Assembly: GCF_963921235.1 (NCBI RefSeq)
Contig: NC_086101.1
Coordinates: 6,016,001 to 6,080,000, forward strand
Reading direction: 5' to 3'
DNA: 64,000 nucleotides
Origin: Mobula hypostoma
Taxonomy: Eukaryota
Part shown: piece by piece, positions 47,030 through 59,090 of the stretch
Layout: each line of letters opens with the position of its first letter
Position numbering within the stretch: position 1 is the first letter of the stretch
Notes under the pieces: model-generated
What the model was told of the DNA's origin: nothing
The model's database searches: none
Seen by the model: only the letters and a program-made list of their open reading frames with translations
Made by a program: the position numbers and the translations under genes

Positions 47030-49520
47030 AACATAGAAATTTACAGCACATTACAGGCCCTTCGGCCCACAATGTTGTGCCGACCATGTAACCTACTCTA
47101 GAAACTAGAATTTCCCTAGTGCAGAGCCATCTATTTTTCTAAGCTCCAAGTACCTATCTAAGAGGCTCTTAAAAAACTATGTTGTACCTTCTTCCACCAC
47201 CGCAGCTGGCAGTGCATTCAACACACCCACCACTCCTTAAGTGAAAAACATACCACTGACATCTCCTCGACCAAGCACCTTAAAGCTATGCCCCCTCGTG
47301 TTACCATTTCAGCCCTGGGAAAAAGCCTCCGGCTGTCCACATGATCAATGCCTCTCATCATCTTATACACCTCTATCAGGTCACCACTCATCCTCTGTTG
47401 CTCCAAGGAGTAAAGGCCAAGTACACTCAACCTTATTTTTATAAGGTATGCCCCTCAATCCAGGTAACATCCTTGTAAATATCCTCTGCACTCTCTCTGT
47501 AGTATCCACATCCTTCCTGTAGTGAGGTGACCAGAAATGAACACAGTACTCCAAGTGGGGTCTGACAAAAGTCTTATATAGCCGTAACATTACCTCACGG
47601 ATCTTGAACTCAATCCCATGGTTGATGAATGCCAACACACTATACGTCTTCTTAACAACACTGTCAACCTGCGCAGCAACTTTGAGTATCCTGTCGGCAC
47701 AGACCCCAAGATCTCTCTGATCCTCCACACTGCCAACAGTCTTACTATTAATATTATATTCTGTCTTCAAATTAGACCTACCAAAATGAACCACTTCACA
47801 CTTATCTTGGTTGAAGTCCATCTGCCACTTCTCAGCCCAGTTCTGCATCCTATCAATGTCCTGCTGTAAATCTGACAGCCCTCCAGACTATCCACAACAC
47901 TCCCAACATTTGTGTCATCAGCAAACCAACTAATCCACCTTTCTACTTCCTCATGCAGGTCATTTATAAAAATCACAAACAGGAGAGGTCCCAGAACAGA
48001 TCCCTGTGGAACACCACCGGTCACCGACCTCCACGAAGAATACAAACCATCTACAACCACACTTTGCCTTCTGTGGGCAAGCCAATTCTGGATCCACAAA
48101 GCAAGGGCTCCTTGAATCCCTTGCCTCCTTACTTTCTGAAGGAGCCTTGCATGGGGAAATTTATCAAATGCCTTACTGAAATACATACACACTACATCCA
48201 CTGCTCTATCTTCATCAATTGTGTTTTGTTACATCCTCAAAGAATTCTATTCAGGCTTGTAAGGCACAACCTGCCCTTGACAAAGCTATGTTGACTATCC
48301 CTAATCAAATTATGTCTTTCCAAATGCTCATAATTCCTGCCTCTCAGGATCTTCTCCAACAACTTGCCCACCACTGAAGTCAGACTCACTGGTCTATAAT
48401 TTCCTGGGTTATCTCTACTCCCTTTCTCTTCCTGTCCCTATTGACGATGCAAAAATAATTGCAAGAGGCTCAGAAATCTCCAGCCTCGTTTTCCACAGTA
48501 GCCTGGGGTATATATCATCCGGTCCCGGTGACTTGTCTAACTTACTGCTTTTCAAAGCTCCAGCACATACTCTTTCTTAATGTCTATATGCTCAAGCATT
48601 TCAATCCACTATAAGCACTGTGAATACTGAAGCAAAGTATTTATTAATGCAACACACATCAAAGTTGCTGGTGAACGCAGCAGGCCAAGCAGCATCTATA
48701 GGAAGAGGCGCAGTCGAAGTTTCAGGCCGAGACCCTTCCAGCATCTGCAGAATTCCTGTTGTTTGTATTTATTAATGCCTCCACTATCTTCTCCAACTCC
48801 ATGCACACGTTTCCACAATCACATCTGAATGCCTTGGGGTTTTCCTTAATCCTGCTCACCAAAGCCTTCTCATGGTCCCTTCTGGGTCTCCTAATTCCAT
48901 TCTTAAACACCTTCCTAGCAACCTTGTAATTTTCTAGAGCTCTAACAGTATCTGGTTTCTTGAACTTTTCATAAGCCTTTCATCTTAACTAGATTTTTGA
49001 CATACTTTGTACACCATGGTTCTTGAACTCTACCATCAATGGAATATACCATACCCTGCCTCAATGAAACATACCTATGCAGAACTCCATTCAAATGTTC
49101 CCTGAACATTTGCCGCATTTCAGTCGTGCATTTCCCTAAGAACATCTGCTCCCAAAAGTCCCTGTCTAATAGGGATCCCCCCGACCCCAGTTAAATATTT
49201 CCCCCAATTCTCTGTTCCTATCCCTCTTCAGTGCTATGGTGAAGGAGATAGAGTTGTGGTCACTACCTCCAAAATGCTCTCCCACCAAGAGATCTGACAC
49301 CTGAGCAGGTTCATTGCTCAATACCAGATCAAGTACAGTCTCTTCTCTAGTTGGCTTATCTACATATTGCGTCAGGAAACCTTCCCGAACACGCCTAACA
49401 AACTCCACCCCATCTAAACCCCTTGCACTAAGGAGATGCCAATCAATATTAGGAAAGTTAAAATCTTCCATCACAACAACCCTATTATCTTTGCAACGTT
49501 CCAGAATTTCTTTCAATTTC
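47030..49520 (-). mobile_element. CR1 LINE, 5'-truncated and decayed
   Basis: [39 protein letters not shown]; 3' tail near 47030. Confidence 0.93.
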
Positions 49521-49904
49521 CTCTTATGTTTGAGGTCGGAAGGTCTGCTCTCTCAGGGTACACTCTTGGTCCCAGTTACAATGATGAATTGGGTTGTCAT
49601 TGGGTTGACAGAAAAGGTGGGCATTGAAGAAGAGTAACACACGCACAAACTACAGGGAGAATTCAGCAGGTCAGGCAGCATCCATGGAGAGGAATAAAGA
49701 GTTGACATTTCAGAGTGAGACCTGAAGATTTTTTTTCAGATACAGATTGAGATTTATTTATCACATGTGCAAGGCAACATACAGTGAAATGCATTGTTTG
49801 TATTAACAACCAACACAAGTGTCGCCGCACATCCTGGCACTAAAATAGCATTAGCATGTCTAGAGTGTTCAGCAAAACTACACAGCCAACAACAGTAGCA
49901 AAGC

Positions 49905-50270
49905 AAGCCGCAAACAGTCTGCCGAGTCTCCTCTGACTTCTCTCAGTATCAAAGTGTTTCCCCCATGTAATTGCCGCTCACTGAATGTTGTCTTTTTGTT
50001 TGTTTTTCCACTCCATTTTCTGTAAACTCTGGAGACTGCTGTGCATGAAAATACCAGGAAATCAGCAGCTTCTAAGACACTCAAACCATTCCATCTGGCA
50101 CCAACAGTCAGTCCACTAACCCAAACCCAAAATCACTTTGATCGCATTTCCTCCCCATTCTGATGTTTGGTCTAAACAACACGGAACCCCTTGACCATAT
50201 TTGCATACTTTTATGCACTGAGTTGCTGCTACGTAATTGGCTGATTAGTATTTCCTTTATCGAGCAGGTG
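49905..50270 (-). mobile_element. Tc1-like DNA transposon relic, same family
   Basis: MGRKCDQSDF, SVLEAADFLVFSCTAVSRVYRKW; DNA similarity to 1780-2030. Confidence 0.75.
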
Positions 50271-50429
50271 TCAACGCCATTTGAAAGAAGGACTGGGGAT
50301 ATCCCCAGTGTTTTGGATCCAGTATTAATCACTCAATCAACTTCGCTAAAGCAGACATCTCTAACTCTAAATAAATGAAATCCTGTACTTGGAGATTGTC
50401 AGATTATTATTATGATAGTATATTGACCA

Positions 50430-50940
50430 GTAACACACACAAAATGCTGCAGGAGATCAACAGGCCAGGCAGCATCAATGGAAAAAAGTACAGTCAACGT
50501 TTTGGACTGAGACCTACCAACCTGGGTCACCTCCAACCAGATGACATGAACATCAATATCTCTAAATTCGGTTAATTTCTCCTTTCCTCACCTGACCATC
50601 ACCTCCCCTGGTGCCACCCCTTTCCCTTTCTCCCATGGTCCACTGTCCTCTCACATCAGAATCCTTCTGCTGCCCTTTACCTCCCAGCTTCTTAATTCAT
50701 CACCCTTCTCCCAACCACCCCATCTCCCTCACCTGGCCTCACCGATCACCTGCCAGCTCGTACACCTTCCCCACGTCGCACTCCACATTCTCATTGTGCC
50801 TCCTTCCCCCTTCACTTCCAGTTCGGATGATCAGTCTCCACTCGAAACTTCCCCTCCATAGATGCTGCCTGACCGGCTGAGTTCCTCCAGTGTTTTGTGT
50901 GTGTTGATCAGGATTTCCAGCAGCTGCAGAATCTCTGGTA
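50430..50940 (+). mobile_element. Penelope-derived short element with inverted ends
   Basis: ACACACAAAATGCTG...CAGTGTTTTGTGTGT; LGHLQPDDMNI remnant; relatives at ~12920-13100, 14505-14670, 34910-35200, 44635-44840. Confidence 0.7.
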
Positions 50941-51590
50941 TCAGATACTCAAAGAACTAAACAAAAACAGAAAATGTCTGAAATCTGCAGCAGGTCAGGT
51001 AGTGCTTGAATCAATTCCAGGAGAGGTAAATGGTGTGGAATATGAACTTGACATATATCCTGGCTAACCTGTTGTGTGTTTTCTGCATTTCCACCCCCTG
51101 CCCCTCCTTCATCTGCCGATTGCCCATCACCTGCCAGCTGTTATGCCACCCTTCCCTCCACCGTCCTCTCCGTCATCTCTGCTCCTTCAATCCAGTTAAG
51201 GGGCATCAAGGCAAAATGTCAATTAATCATTTCCCTCTTTTGATGCTGCCTGACCCGCTGAGATTCTCCGGTGCTTCGCCTGTTCCCACCACCACATGTC
51301 CCGCCTCCCCATGTTTCACCTTGACTTCCCTCTCCCAGTCAACACCACCACCACTTGTCCCACTTCACCTGTCCCGGTGCAGGTGGACTTTAGGACCCGG
51401 GGGAGCCGGGGAGCTCAGGACCCGCCACCCACGGCTGCTGTTGAACCGCCGTGTTTCTGTTCTGATGATGGATGCAGTGAATGAGTTAAAATTAATGGAT
51501 CGATAATTCTCACATCGTGTTTATTTCCCTCTCCGTACATTTATATTTACACTGACTTACTCGAGACACCGGTCCCAGGAGCTGATCCCT

Positions 51591-52123
51591 TTACAGTTCT
51601 GGAGCAGAACCGGAGCAGATTCTCAGCCACTGGTTTTCATCCCAAGTCCAGAAGAAAGGATAAAGTTTCTCCGTGAATTTATTCCCAGTGAAGGTGTGGA
51701 GATGGGACTTGGTCTCCGCATTGTAAAATGAAATTATCCCGGACTCGTAACGGAGATAAACTCCCACCCTCCCGGGTATGGGATCGGCAGGGAGACGGGA
51801 CTCAGAGGAAGCAGGAACATCCATTACGTGATCAACCCGCCTTACGATCCAGAATCCGGTCTCTGGACTCAGTCCGACGCGTCGTTTCCTCTCCACAGAC
51901 CCTGCGGCAACTCCCAGACCCCAGCACCGAGTCCCCGTCACCTCCACCTCCCAGTAACGTCTCCCCGATGTGAATCCCTCCGATCCCAGCACACAAGCCC
52001 AGTCTCTGAACCTCTTCCCAGTGTCAGGGAGATTCCTCCGGGTCCCGGTCCGTCTCACACTCTTCCGATCCTCAGACACCTCGAGCCACGGATTCGCTGT
52101 TTCCACATCCAGGGTGACAGAGA
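51591..52123 (-). CDS. terminal PRY/SPRY (B30.2) exon of a second TRIM/A33-like gene; upstream exons not seen
   Basis: acceptor ttctgcttctcccccccag| (phase 1); VSVTLDVETANPWLEVSEDRKSV...CVLGSEGFTSGRRYWEVEV...GVYLRYESGIISFYN...KLYPFFW; no stop before TAA at 51593-51591; AATAAA on - at 51525-51520. Confidence 0.88.
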
Positions 52124-52559
52124 CTGGGGGGGAGAAGCAGAGAATTAGAGAGTCCCCGGGGATGAGCGGGGTGGGGGGTGGGGAGAGAGACTCGGGCAGC
52201 AAGGCCGCATGCCGAGGAGACAGGCCGCCCCCACTCAGGCACTGTTGGGTAGCCACAGGAACCTTTCCCAAGGTTTTACCCAACAACAGTGTATGGACAA
52301 CCAATATCTCTGCAAGGTTTTTCCCCCCTGGATGGAGAATGGAATTTTCTCGATCAACACACAAAACAAAATGCTGGAGGAGCTCAGTGGGTCACAGTGC
52401 ATGTGTGGAGGGAGATGGTTAGTCTATGTTTCAGGTCGAGATTTCTCCTTAAAAATGGAAAGAAAGAGGGGAGGTAGCCAGTAGAAACGGGTGTCGGGAA
52501 GGGGTGTAACAACAACTGGATCCAGATGAGGAGCAGGTGAGTGAACACTGGAGGGAAGT

Positions 52560-53290
52560 AAACAGGAGGTCCGATAGGTTCTTTGGCCCAAATTGATCAT
52601 GCCAACCAACTTGTTTATTGAGCTAGTCCCATTTGCTCATTATTCATTTATACCTTTCTTATCCACGTACCTGGCAAGATGTATTTCAAAACATTGTAAT
52701 TGCTCCCACCTCTACAGTTTCCTCTGACAGCCTCCTGTGCTTCAGGGAGAAAGTCCCAGCCTATCCTGCCTCTGTTCTTAACCCAAGCTCTCCAGCCCCA
52801 GTAACATCCTTGTAAATCTGTTTTGCACCCCCTCCAGTTGAACGACATCCCTCCTATAGCAAGGTGACCAGAACTGTACACACTGCTCCAAATGTGGCCG
52901 GACCAACATCTTGTGCACACGGAACAGGAGGTCCCAGCTCCTGTACTCAGTATTCTGAATGATGAAGGCAAGCACTCCCCCGTCTCTCCCTGTTCTACAA
53001 CACTCTCCATGGCCCCGTCAGTTGCTGTTTACATCCTGACATGGTTTGGCTTCATAAAATACAACACCCCACATTTCTCTGAATTAAACTCCACCTGCTA
53101 TTCCTCGGCCCACTGGCCCAGCTGATCAAGGGCCCATTGTAAGCTTAGATAACCCTCTTTACTGTCCACTGTACCACGAATTTTAGTGTCATCCACAAAC
53201 CTGCTAACAATGTCACCTACATTCTCATCCAAATTATTAATACGAATGACAAACATCTGCGGACACAGCAGTGACCCCTGCAGGTCACAG
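52560..53290 (-). mobile_element. CR1 3' fragment
   Basis: LVRPHLEQCVQFWSP, RFVDDTKI. Confidence 0.82.
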
Positions 53291-53659
53291 GCCTCCAGTC
53301 TACCGTGTTTAAGAGACACTTGGACAGACACTTCAGTAGGCAAGGCATAGAAGGAGACTGGCCTAATGCCAGCCAATGGGATGAATGTAAATGGTAAATA
53401 GGTCAACACAGAGGTGATGGGCCAAAGAGCCCACTTCTGTGCTGTACAACAATGACTCTGGGACTTTAAATGAACTGAATGACTGAGACCCCATAGCCTC
53501 CGGTGCAGAGAATTCCAGGCACACCATCCTCTGAGGGTCCATCCCATCCTGAGACAGTGACCCCTGACCCTCGACTCCTCAGACAGGGGAAACATCCTCC
53601 CTACATTCTGCCTGTTGAGCCTGGGAAGAATTCTAATTTCTTTAATTAATTTAATTAAC

Positions 53660-56600
53660 TTAGGAGTTGGTAATGGAGGCAGTAGATAGGGCAGTCCAGT
53701 GCTCCGATTGTAAGATGTGGGAAGTCAGGGACAGCACAATTCTCCCTGATGACTACACCTGCAAAAGGTGCATCCAGCTGCAGCTCCTGTTAAACAGAGT
53801 TAGGGAACTGGAGCTGGATGAATTTTGGATCATTCGGGAGGCAGAGGCAGTAATAGATTGGAGTTTCAGGGAGACAGTCACCCCTAAAAGTCAGGAGACA
53901 GGTAACTGGGTGACTATCAGGAGAGGGAAGGGGAATAGACAGAAAGAGCAGAGCACCCCTGTGGCCGTTCCCATCAACAATAAGTATACCGTTTTAGATA
54001 CTGTTGGTGGGGACGACCTACTGGGGACAAGTTTCAGTGATCGCATCTCTGTCACCGAGACTGGCCCCTCAGCTCAGAAAGGAAGGAGGGAAAAGAGGAG
54101 AGCAGTAGTGATAGGGGATTCGATAGTTACGGGGACAGATAAGAGGTTCTGTGGGAGAGATCGAGAATCCCGGATGGTCTGTTGCCTCCCTGGTGCCAGG
54201 GTCCACAATATCTCAGATCAAGTTTTCGGTATTCTCAGGAGAGAGGGTGAGCAGCCAGATGTCGTGGTCCACGTGGGGACCAATGACATAGATAGGAGTA
54301 GGGATGAGGTCCTGAAGAAGGAATATAGGGAGTTAGGAAAGAAGTTTAAAAAGCAGGACCCCAAGGGTGGTGATCTCAGGATTGCTGCCTGTGCCACGAG
54401 ACAGAGAGGGTAGGAACAGGAAGCCATGGCAGATGAATGTGTGGCTGAAGAGTTGGTGCAGTGGGCAGGGGTTCAGATTTCTGGATCATTGGGATCTCTC
54501 CTGGGGAAGGTCTGACCTGTACAAAAAGGATGGGCTGCACCTGAACTGGAAAGGGACCAATATCCGGGCAGGCAGGTTTGCTAGAGCTGTTGGGGAGGGT
54601 TTAACGTAATTTGGCAGGGGGGTGGGAATCAGAATGTGAGTGCAGAGGTTAGGGTAGAAGGACAAGGGCATGATGCTATGTGTTCTGAGTTGGTGAGGAA
54701 GGACAGGAAGGGGATAAAACATAAATGTAGCCAGTTAGAGGGGTTGAAATGTGTCTATTTCAATGCGAGGAGTATTAGGAATAAAGGGGATGAACATAGA
54801 GCATGGATCAGTACGTGAAACTACGATATTGTGACCATTACTGAAACTTGGTTGGAGGAAGGGCAGGATTGGTTCATGCAGGTACCGGGGTTTTGGTGTT
54901 TTAAAAGGAATAGGATGGGAGGTGGTGGGGGTGCGGGGGAACTGGCATTACTGGTCAGGGATAGTATCACGGCTATAGAAAGGGAGGACGCTGCAGAGGG
55001 AGTGTCCACTGCGTCGGTGTGGGTGGAAGTCAGAAATAGGAAGCGATCAATCACTGTGCTGGGAGTTGTCTATAGGCCCCCAAATAGCCCTCAGAACACC
55101 GAGGAGCAGATAAGCAGGCAGATTTTAGAATGGTGCAGGAAATACAGGGTTGTAGTTATGGGTGATTTCAACTTCCCTCATATTGACTGGCACCTCCTGG
55201 CTGCAAGGGGGATAGATGGGGCTGAATTTGTCAGGTGTGTTCAAGAAGGATTCCTGACACAGTATGTGGACCGGCCGACGAGAGGGGAGGCCATACTGGA
55301 TCTAGATCTGTGTAATGAACCTGGTCAGCTGGCAGACCTCTTGGTGAGGGAACATTTTGGTGAGAGTGACCACAGCAGGATAAAAACAGACAAAATGGGA
55401 AAGTGCTTAACTGGGGAAGGGCTAACTATGAAGGGATGAGGCAGGAACTAGCGAGAGTAAATTGGAAACAGATGTTCAAGGGTGAAAGCACAGAAGTAAT
55501 GTGCAGGAAGTTTAGGGACCACTTGTGCTGGGTTCAGGATAAGTTTGTCCCACTGAGGCAAGGAAAAACTGGTAGGAAAAGGGAACCGTGGCCGACGAAA
55601 CACACGAGGCAAATCGTCAAGAGGAAGAAGGAAGCATATGTTAGATATAAGAAGCAGGAAGCAGGAGGGGCTCATGAGAAATATAGGGTAGCCAGGAAGG
55701 TGTTTAAGAAAGGGCTTAGGAGAGCTGGAAGGGGGCATGAGAAGGCCTTGGCATGTAGGATTAAGGAGAACCCCAAGGCGTTCTATGTGTATGTGAATAA
55801 CAGAGGGATGACGAATAAAGGTGGGGCCGCTAAAATAAGGCAACATCTGCCTGGAGGCGGAGGGGGTTGTGGAAGTCCTAAATGAATACTTTGCTTCACT
55901 ATTCACAAGAGAAAAAGACCTTGATCAGGGTGAGGTCGAAATAGAACAGGCCTGTGTGCTGGACAATGTGGAAATGAAGGAAGTAGTAGTGTTGGGTCTT
56001 CTTAAGATTGATATGTCCCCAGACCCCTACACTGACTTTTGTGTCACCTGTAAACCTATTGATCAGACCCCTACACTGACTTTTGTGTCACCTGTAAACC
56101 TATTGATCAGACCCCTACACTGACGTTTGTGTCACCTGTAAATGTGATATACCCCAGGTTGCTGTGGGAAGTGACAGAAGAGATCGCGGGAGCAGTAGCT
56201 ATGATCTTTGAATTCTCTTTGGTTGTAGGGGAGGTGCCAGAGGACTGGAGAATGGCAAATGTAGTTCCCTTGTTGAAAAAAGGTAATAGTGAGAATCCTG
56301 GGAATTATAGACCGGTGAGTCTTACGTCGGTGGTCTGCAAACTATTGGAAAGGATTCTTAAGGATAGGATCTACGAGCATTTGGAGAACTACAGTCTACT
56401 CAAGGATAGTCAACATGGTTTGTGAAGGGAAGGCCATGCCTCACGAGCCTAATTGAGTTTTTTTAAGAGGTAACAAAAGAAATTGATGAGGGTAGGGCAG
56501 TAGATTTGGTCTACATGGATTTTAGCAAGGCATTTGACAAGGTCCCCCACGAGAGACTCATCCAAAAAGTCATGAGGCATGGGATCAGTGGAACCTTGGC

Positions 56601-57666
56601 TGTTCGGATAAAAAATTGGCTTACAGGAAGAAAGCAGAGGGTAGTAGTGGAAGGAAAGTATTCTGCCTGGAGGTCAGTGACTAGTGAAGTGCTGCAAGGA
56701 TCTGTCCTGGGACCCCTGCTCTTTGTGATTTTTATAAATGACCTGGATGAAGAGGTGAGTAAGTTTGTGAATGACACGACGATTGGAGGAGTTATGGATG
56801 GAGCTGTAGGTTGTTGAAGGTTTCAAGAGAATATAGACAGGATGCAGAGATGGGCAGAAAAGTGGCAGATGGATTTCAATCTGGATAAGTGTGAGGTGAT
56901 GCATTTTGAAAGGACAAACTAGAAGGCTGAGTACAGGGTTAATGGTCGATTACTTAAGAGTGTGGATCAACTTGGGGTTCAAATCCATACATCCCTCAAG
57001 GTCAGTGCACAGGTTGATAGGATAGTTAAGAAGGCCTATGGGATGCTAGGCTTCATTAATAGGGCGATTGAGTTCAAGAGTCGAGAGGTCATGTTGCAAC
57101 TCTACAAATCTCTGGTGAGACCACACTTAGAGTTCAGTTCTGTTCACCTCAGTATAGGAAGCATGTGGAAGCTATGGAGAGCGTGCAGAGGAGATTTAAC
57201 AGGATGATGCCTGGATTGGAAAACAAGTCTTATGAAGCAAGGTTAGCAGAGCTGGGACTTTTCTCTTTGGAGTGTAGAAGGATGAGAGGGGACTTGATAG
57301 AGGTCTACAAGATTATGAGAGGCATAGATAGGGTGGATAGCCAGTACCTGTTTCCCAGGGCACGAATAGTAAAGACGAGAGGGCATATGCACAAAGTTAA
57401 GGGAGGGAAGTTTCAGGGAGACATTGGCGTAAGTTTTTTTACACAGAGGGTTATGGGTGCTGGAATGACTTGCCAGGGATGGTGGTGGAGGCCAAAATAT
57501 TAGGGGTATTAAAGAGCCTCTTGGACGGGCACATGGATGAAAGAAAAATAGAGGGTTATGGGGTAGTGTGGGTTTAGTACATTGTTTTAAGGAATATATG
57601 GGTCAGCACAACATTGAGGGCAGAAGGGCCTGTACTGCACTGTAATATTCTAGTGTCTAGTGTCTA
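53660..57666 (+). mobile_element. near full-length CR1 LINE (ORF1 zinc finger + SGNH esterase; ORF2 APE-RT), disrupted
   Basis: CSDC..CKRC, VVIGDSIV, VVHVGTND; CVYFNARSI, TETWL, MGDFNFP, NYRPVSLTS, DFSKAFDKV, QGSVLGP; (TCTAGTG)n tail; many stops and frameshifts. Confidence 0.95.
56021..56142. repeat. 44-bp tandem repeat, about 2.8 copies, inserted in CR1 ORF2
   Basis: AGACCCCTACACTGACTTTTGTGTCACCTGTAAACCTATTGATC at 56021, 56065 and 56109. Confidence 0.92.
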
Positions 57667-58549
57667 ATTTTGTGTATCCCTGAGATCTCCTCTCATTCTT
57701 CTAAACAGAGAACAGAGAACATTGAACAGTACAGCACAGGAACAGGCCCTTCATTCAATATGACAGTGACTGATCGATGCCGACATCAATTCCTCTTCTG
57801 TACCAGTTCCCCAAAACCTCAATTCCTCGATCTTTCAAAAGTTTTCGAACTCCATCTTAAATACATCCAATAATCAAGCTTCACACATCTGCTGGAGGAA
57901 CTCAGTGGGTCGAGCAGCGAAGGGTCTGTCGATGTTTCAGGTCAAAACTCTGCGTCAGTACCGAGGGGGGAGAGGGGAGAAGGGGAGTGATGAGGCGGGA
58001 GTCTGAGGTGACTGTGGACTGAGGAGTGGTGAAGGATGGGGAGCAGATTGCCCCAGGTATGATTGGGTGTGATTGGGGTGTGCACTACAGTTGGGGGCCA
58101 CTGGGATGTGAACGATAGATGGAGGTAGACACAGAGAGAGAAGAACAAGAGGAAGATGGAGTGAGGTGGAGGAGGGTGGGGGACTGTGAAGGTTGGAGAC
58201 AGCTGTGGATAGGTAAAAGACAGAAACGCAAAGGCTGACCTGTATTGGAATCTTAAGTAGAAGAGGTGATAATGGGAACAATTCGGGGAGAGCTGTTAGG
58301 CTGATGGACCCCGAACCAGATGGAGGAAGGCTAGAAAGCCTGTGGTGAACTGTATGTGTAGATGGAACTAGAAGCTGCAGCCTGGGAACTCTGGGCCGCT
58401 GAGCCTAACATCAGTGGTGGGAAAGTTTCTGAGAGACAGGATCGAACAGCATTTGGAAAGGCAAGGATGATTAGGAGCAGTCAGCAGAGTGTTGCCAGGA
58501 CAACTCATATCTCACAAATCTGACAGAAGATTGTCCAGGATGGAGTGAT

Positions 58550-59090
58550 CAACACAAGACCATAACAAATAAGAGCAGAATCAGACCACTCGGCCCATCG
58601 TCTGCTCTGCTATTCCATGATGGCTGATATATTATCCCTCTCAAACATGCTCTCCTGCCTTCACCATGTAACTTTTGACACACTGAACAATCAAGAACCT
58701 ATCAACTTTCACTTTAGATATGCTCAGCATTTCTTAACCTATCTACATCCATCTGCCTGTTAATTCCTCAGAGATTGTGTCAGAAAAGATTTCTCCTTTA
58801 AGGAAACCCTGCTATCTATGGCCTATTGTAACATTTGCCTCCACGTACCTGAAAGCTCATCCATAATAATGGACTCCAACATCTTCCCATCCATGCTGAC
58901 TATTTCAATGAAGTCAATCTCACTCACTGATAATTTACTTTCTTCTACCTCTCTCCGTTCTTAAAGACTGAAGTGACCTTTGCAATTTTCCGTCCTCCAG
59001 AGTGATTCCAGAATATAGTTATTTTTGAAAGATCATTATTAATGCCTCCACAATTTCTTCAGCCACCTCTTTCCGAACACTGGGATGTCG
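58550..59090 (-). mobile_element. older CR1 fragments; the host copy continues at 62485-62645
   Basis: CR1 3' tail near 58555 plus ORF2 remnants; ...CTGGGATGTCGTC joins ...CCATCTGGTCCAGGTG (KSPGPDG|HPxVxKEVA). Confidence 0.75.

Noticed and set aside
52124..52364. N-terminal 80 aa of the 257-aa ORF, implying a single-exon SPRY gene
   Set aside because: Non-ATG start inside a repeat, no Met before the domain, and a canonical acceptor precedes VSVTLD; this is intronic read-through
53667..54413. Host SGNH/GDSL esterase gene
   Set aside because: It is CR1 ORF1, directly followed by ORF2 and frameshifted
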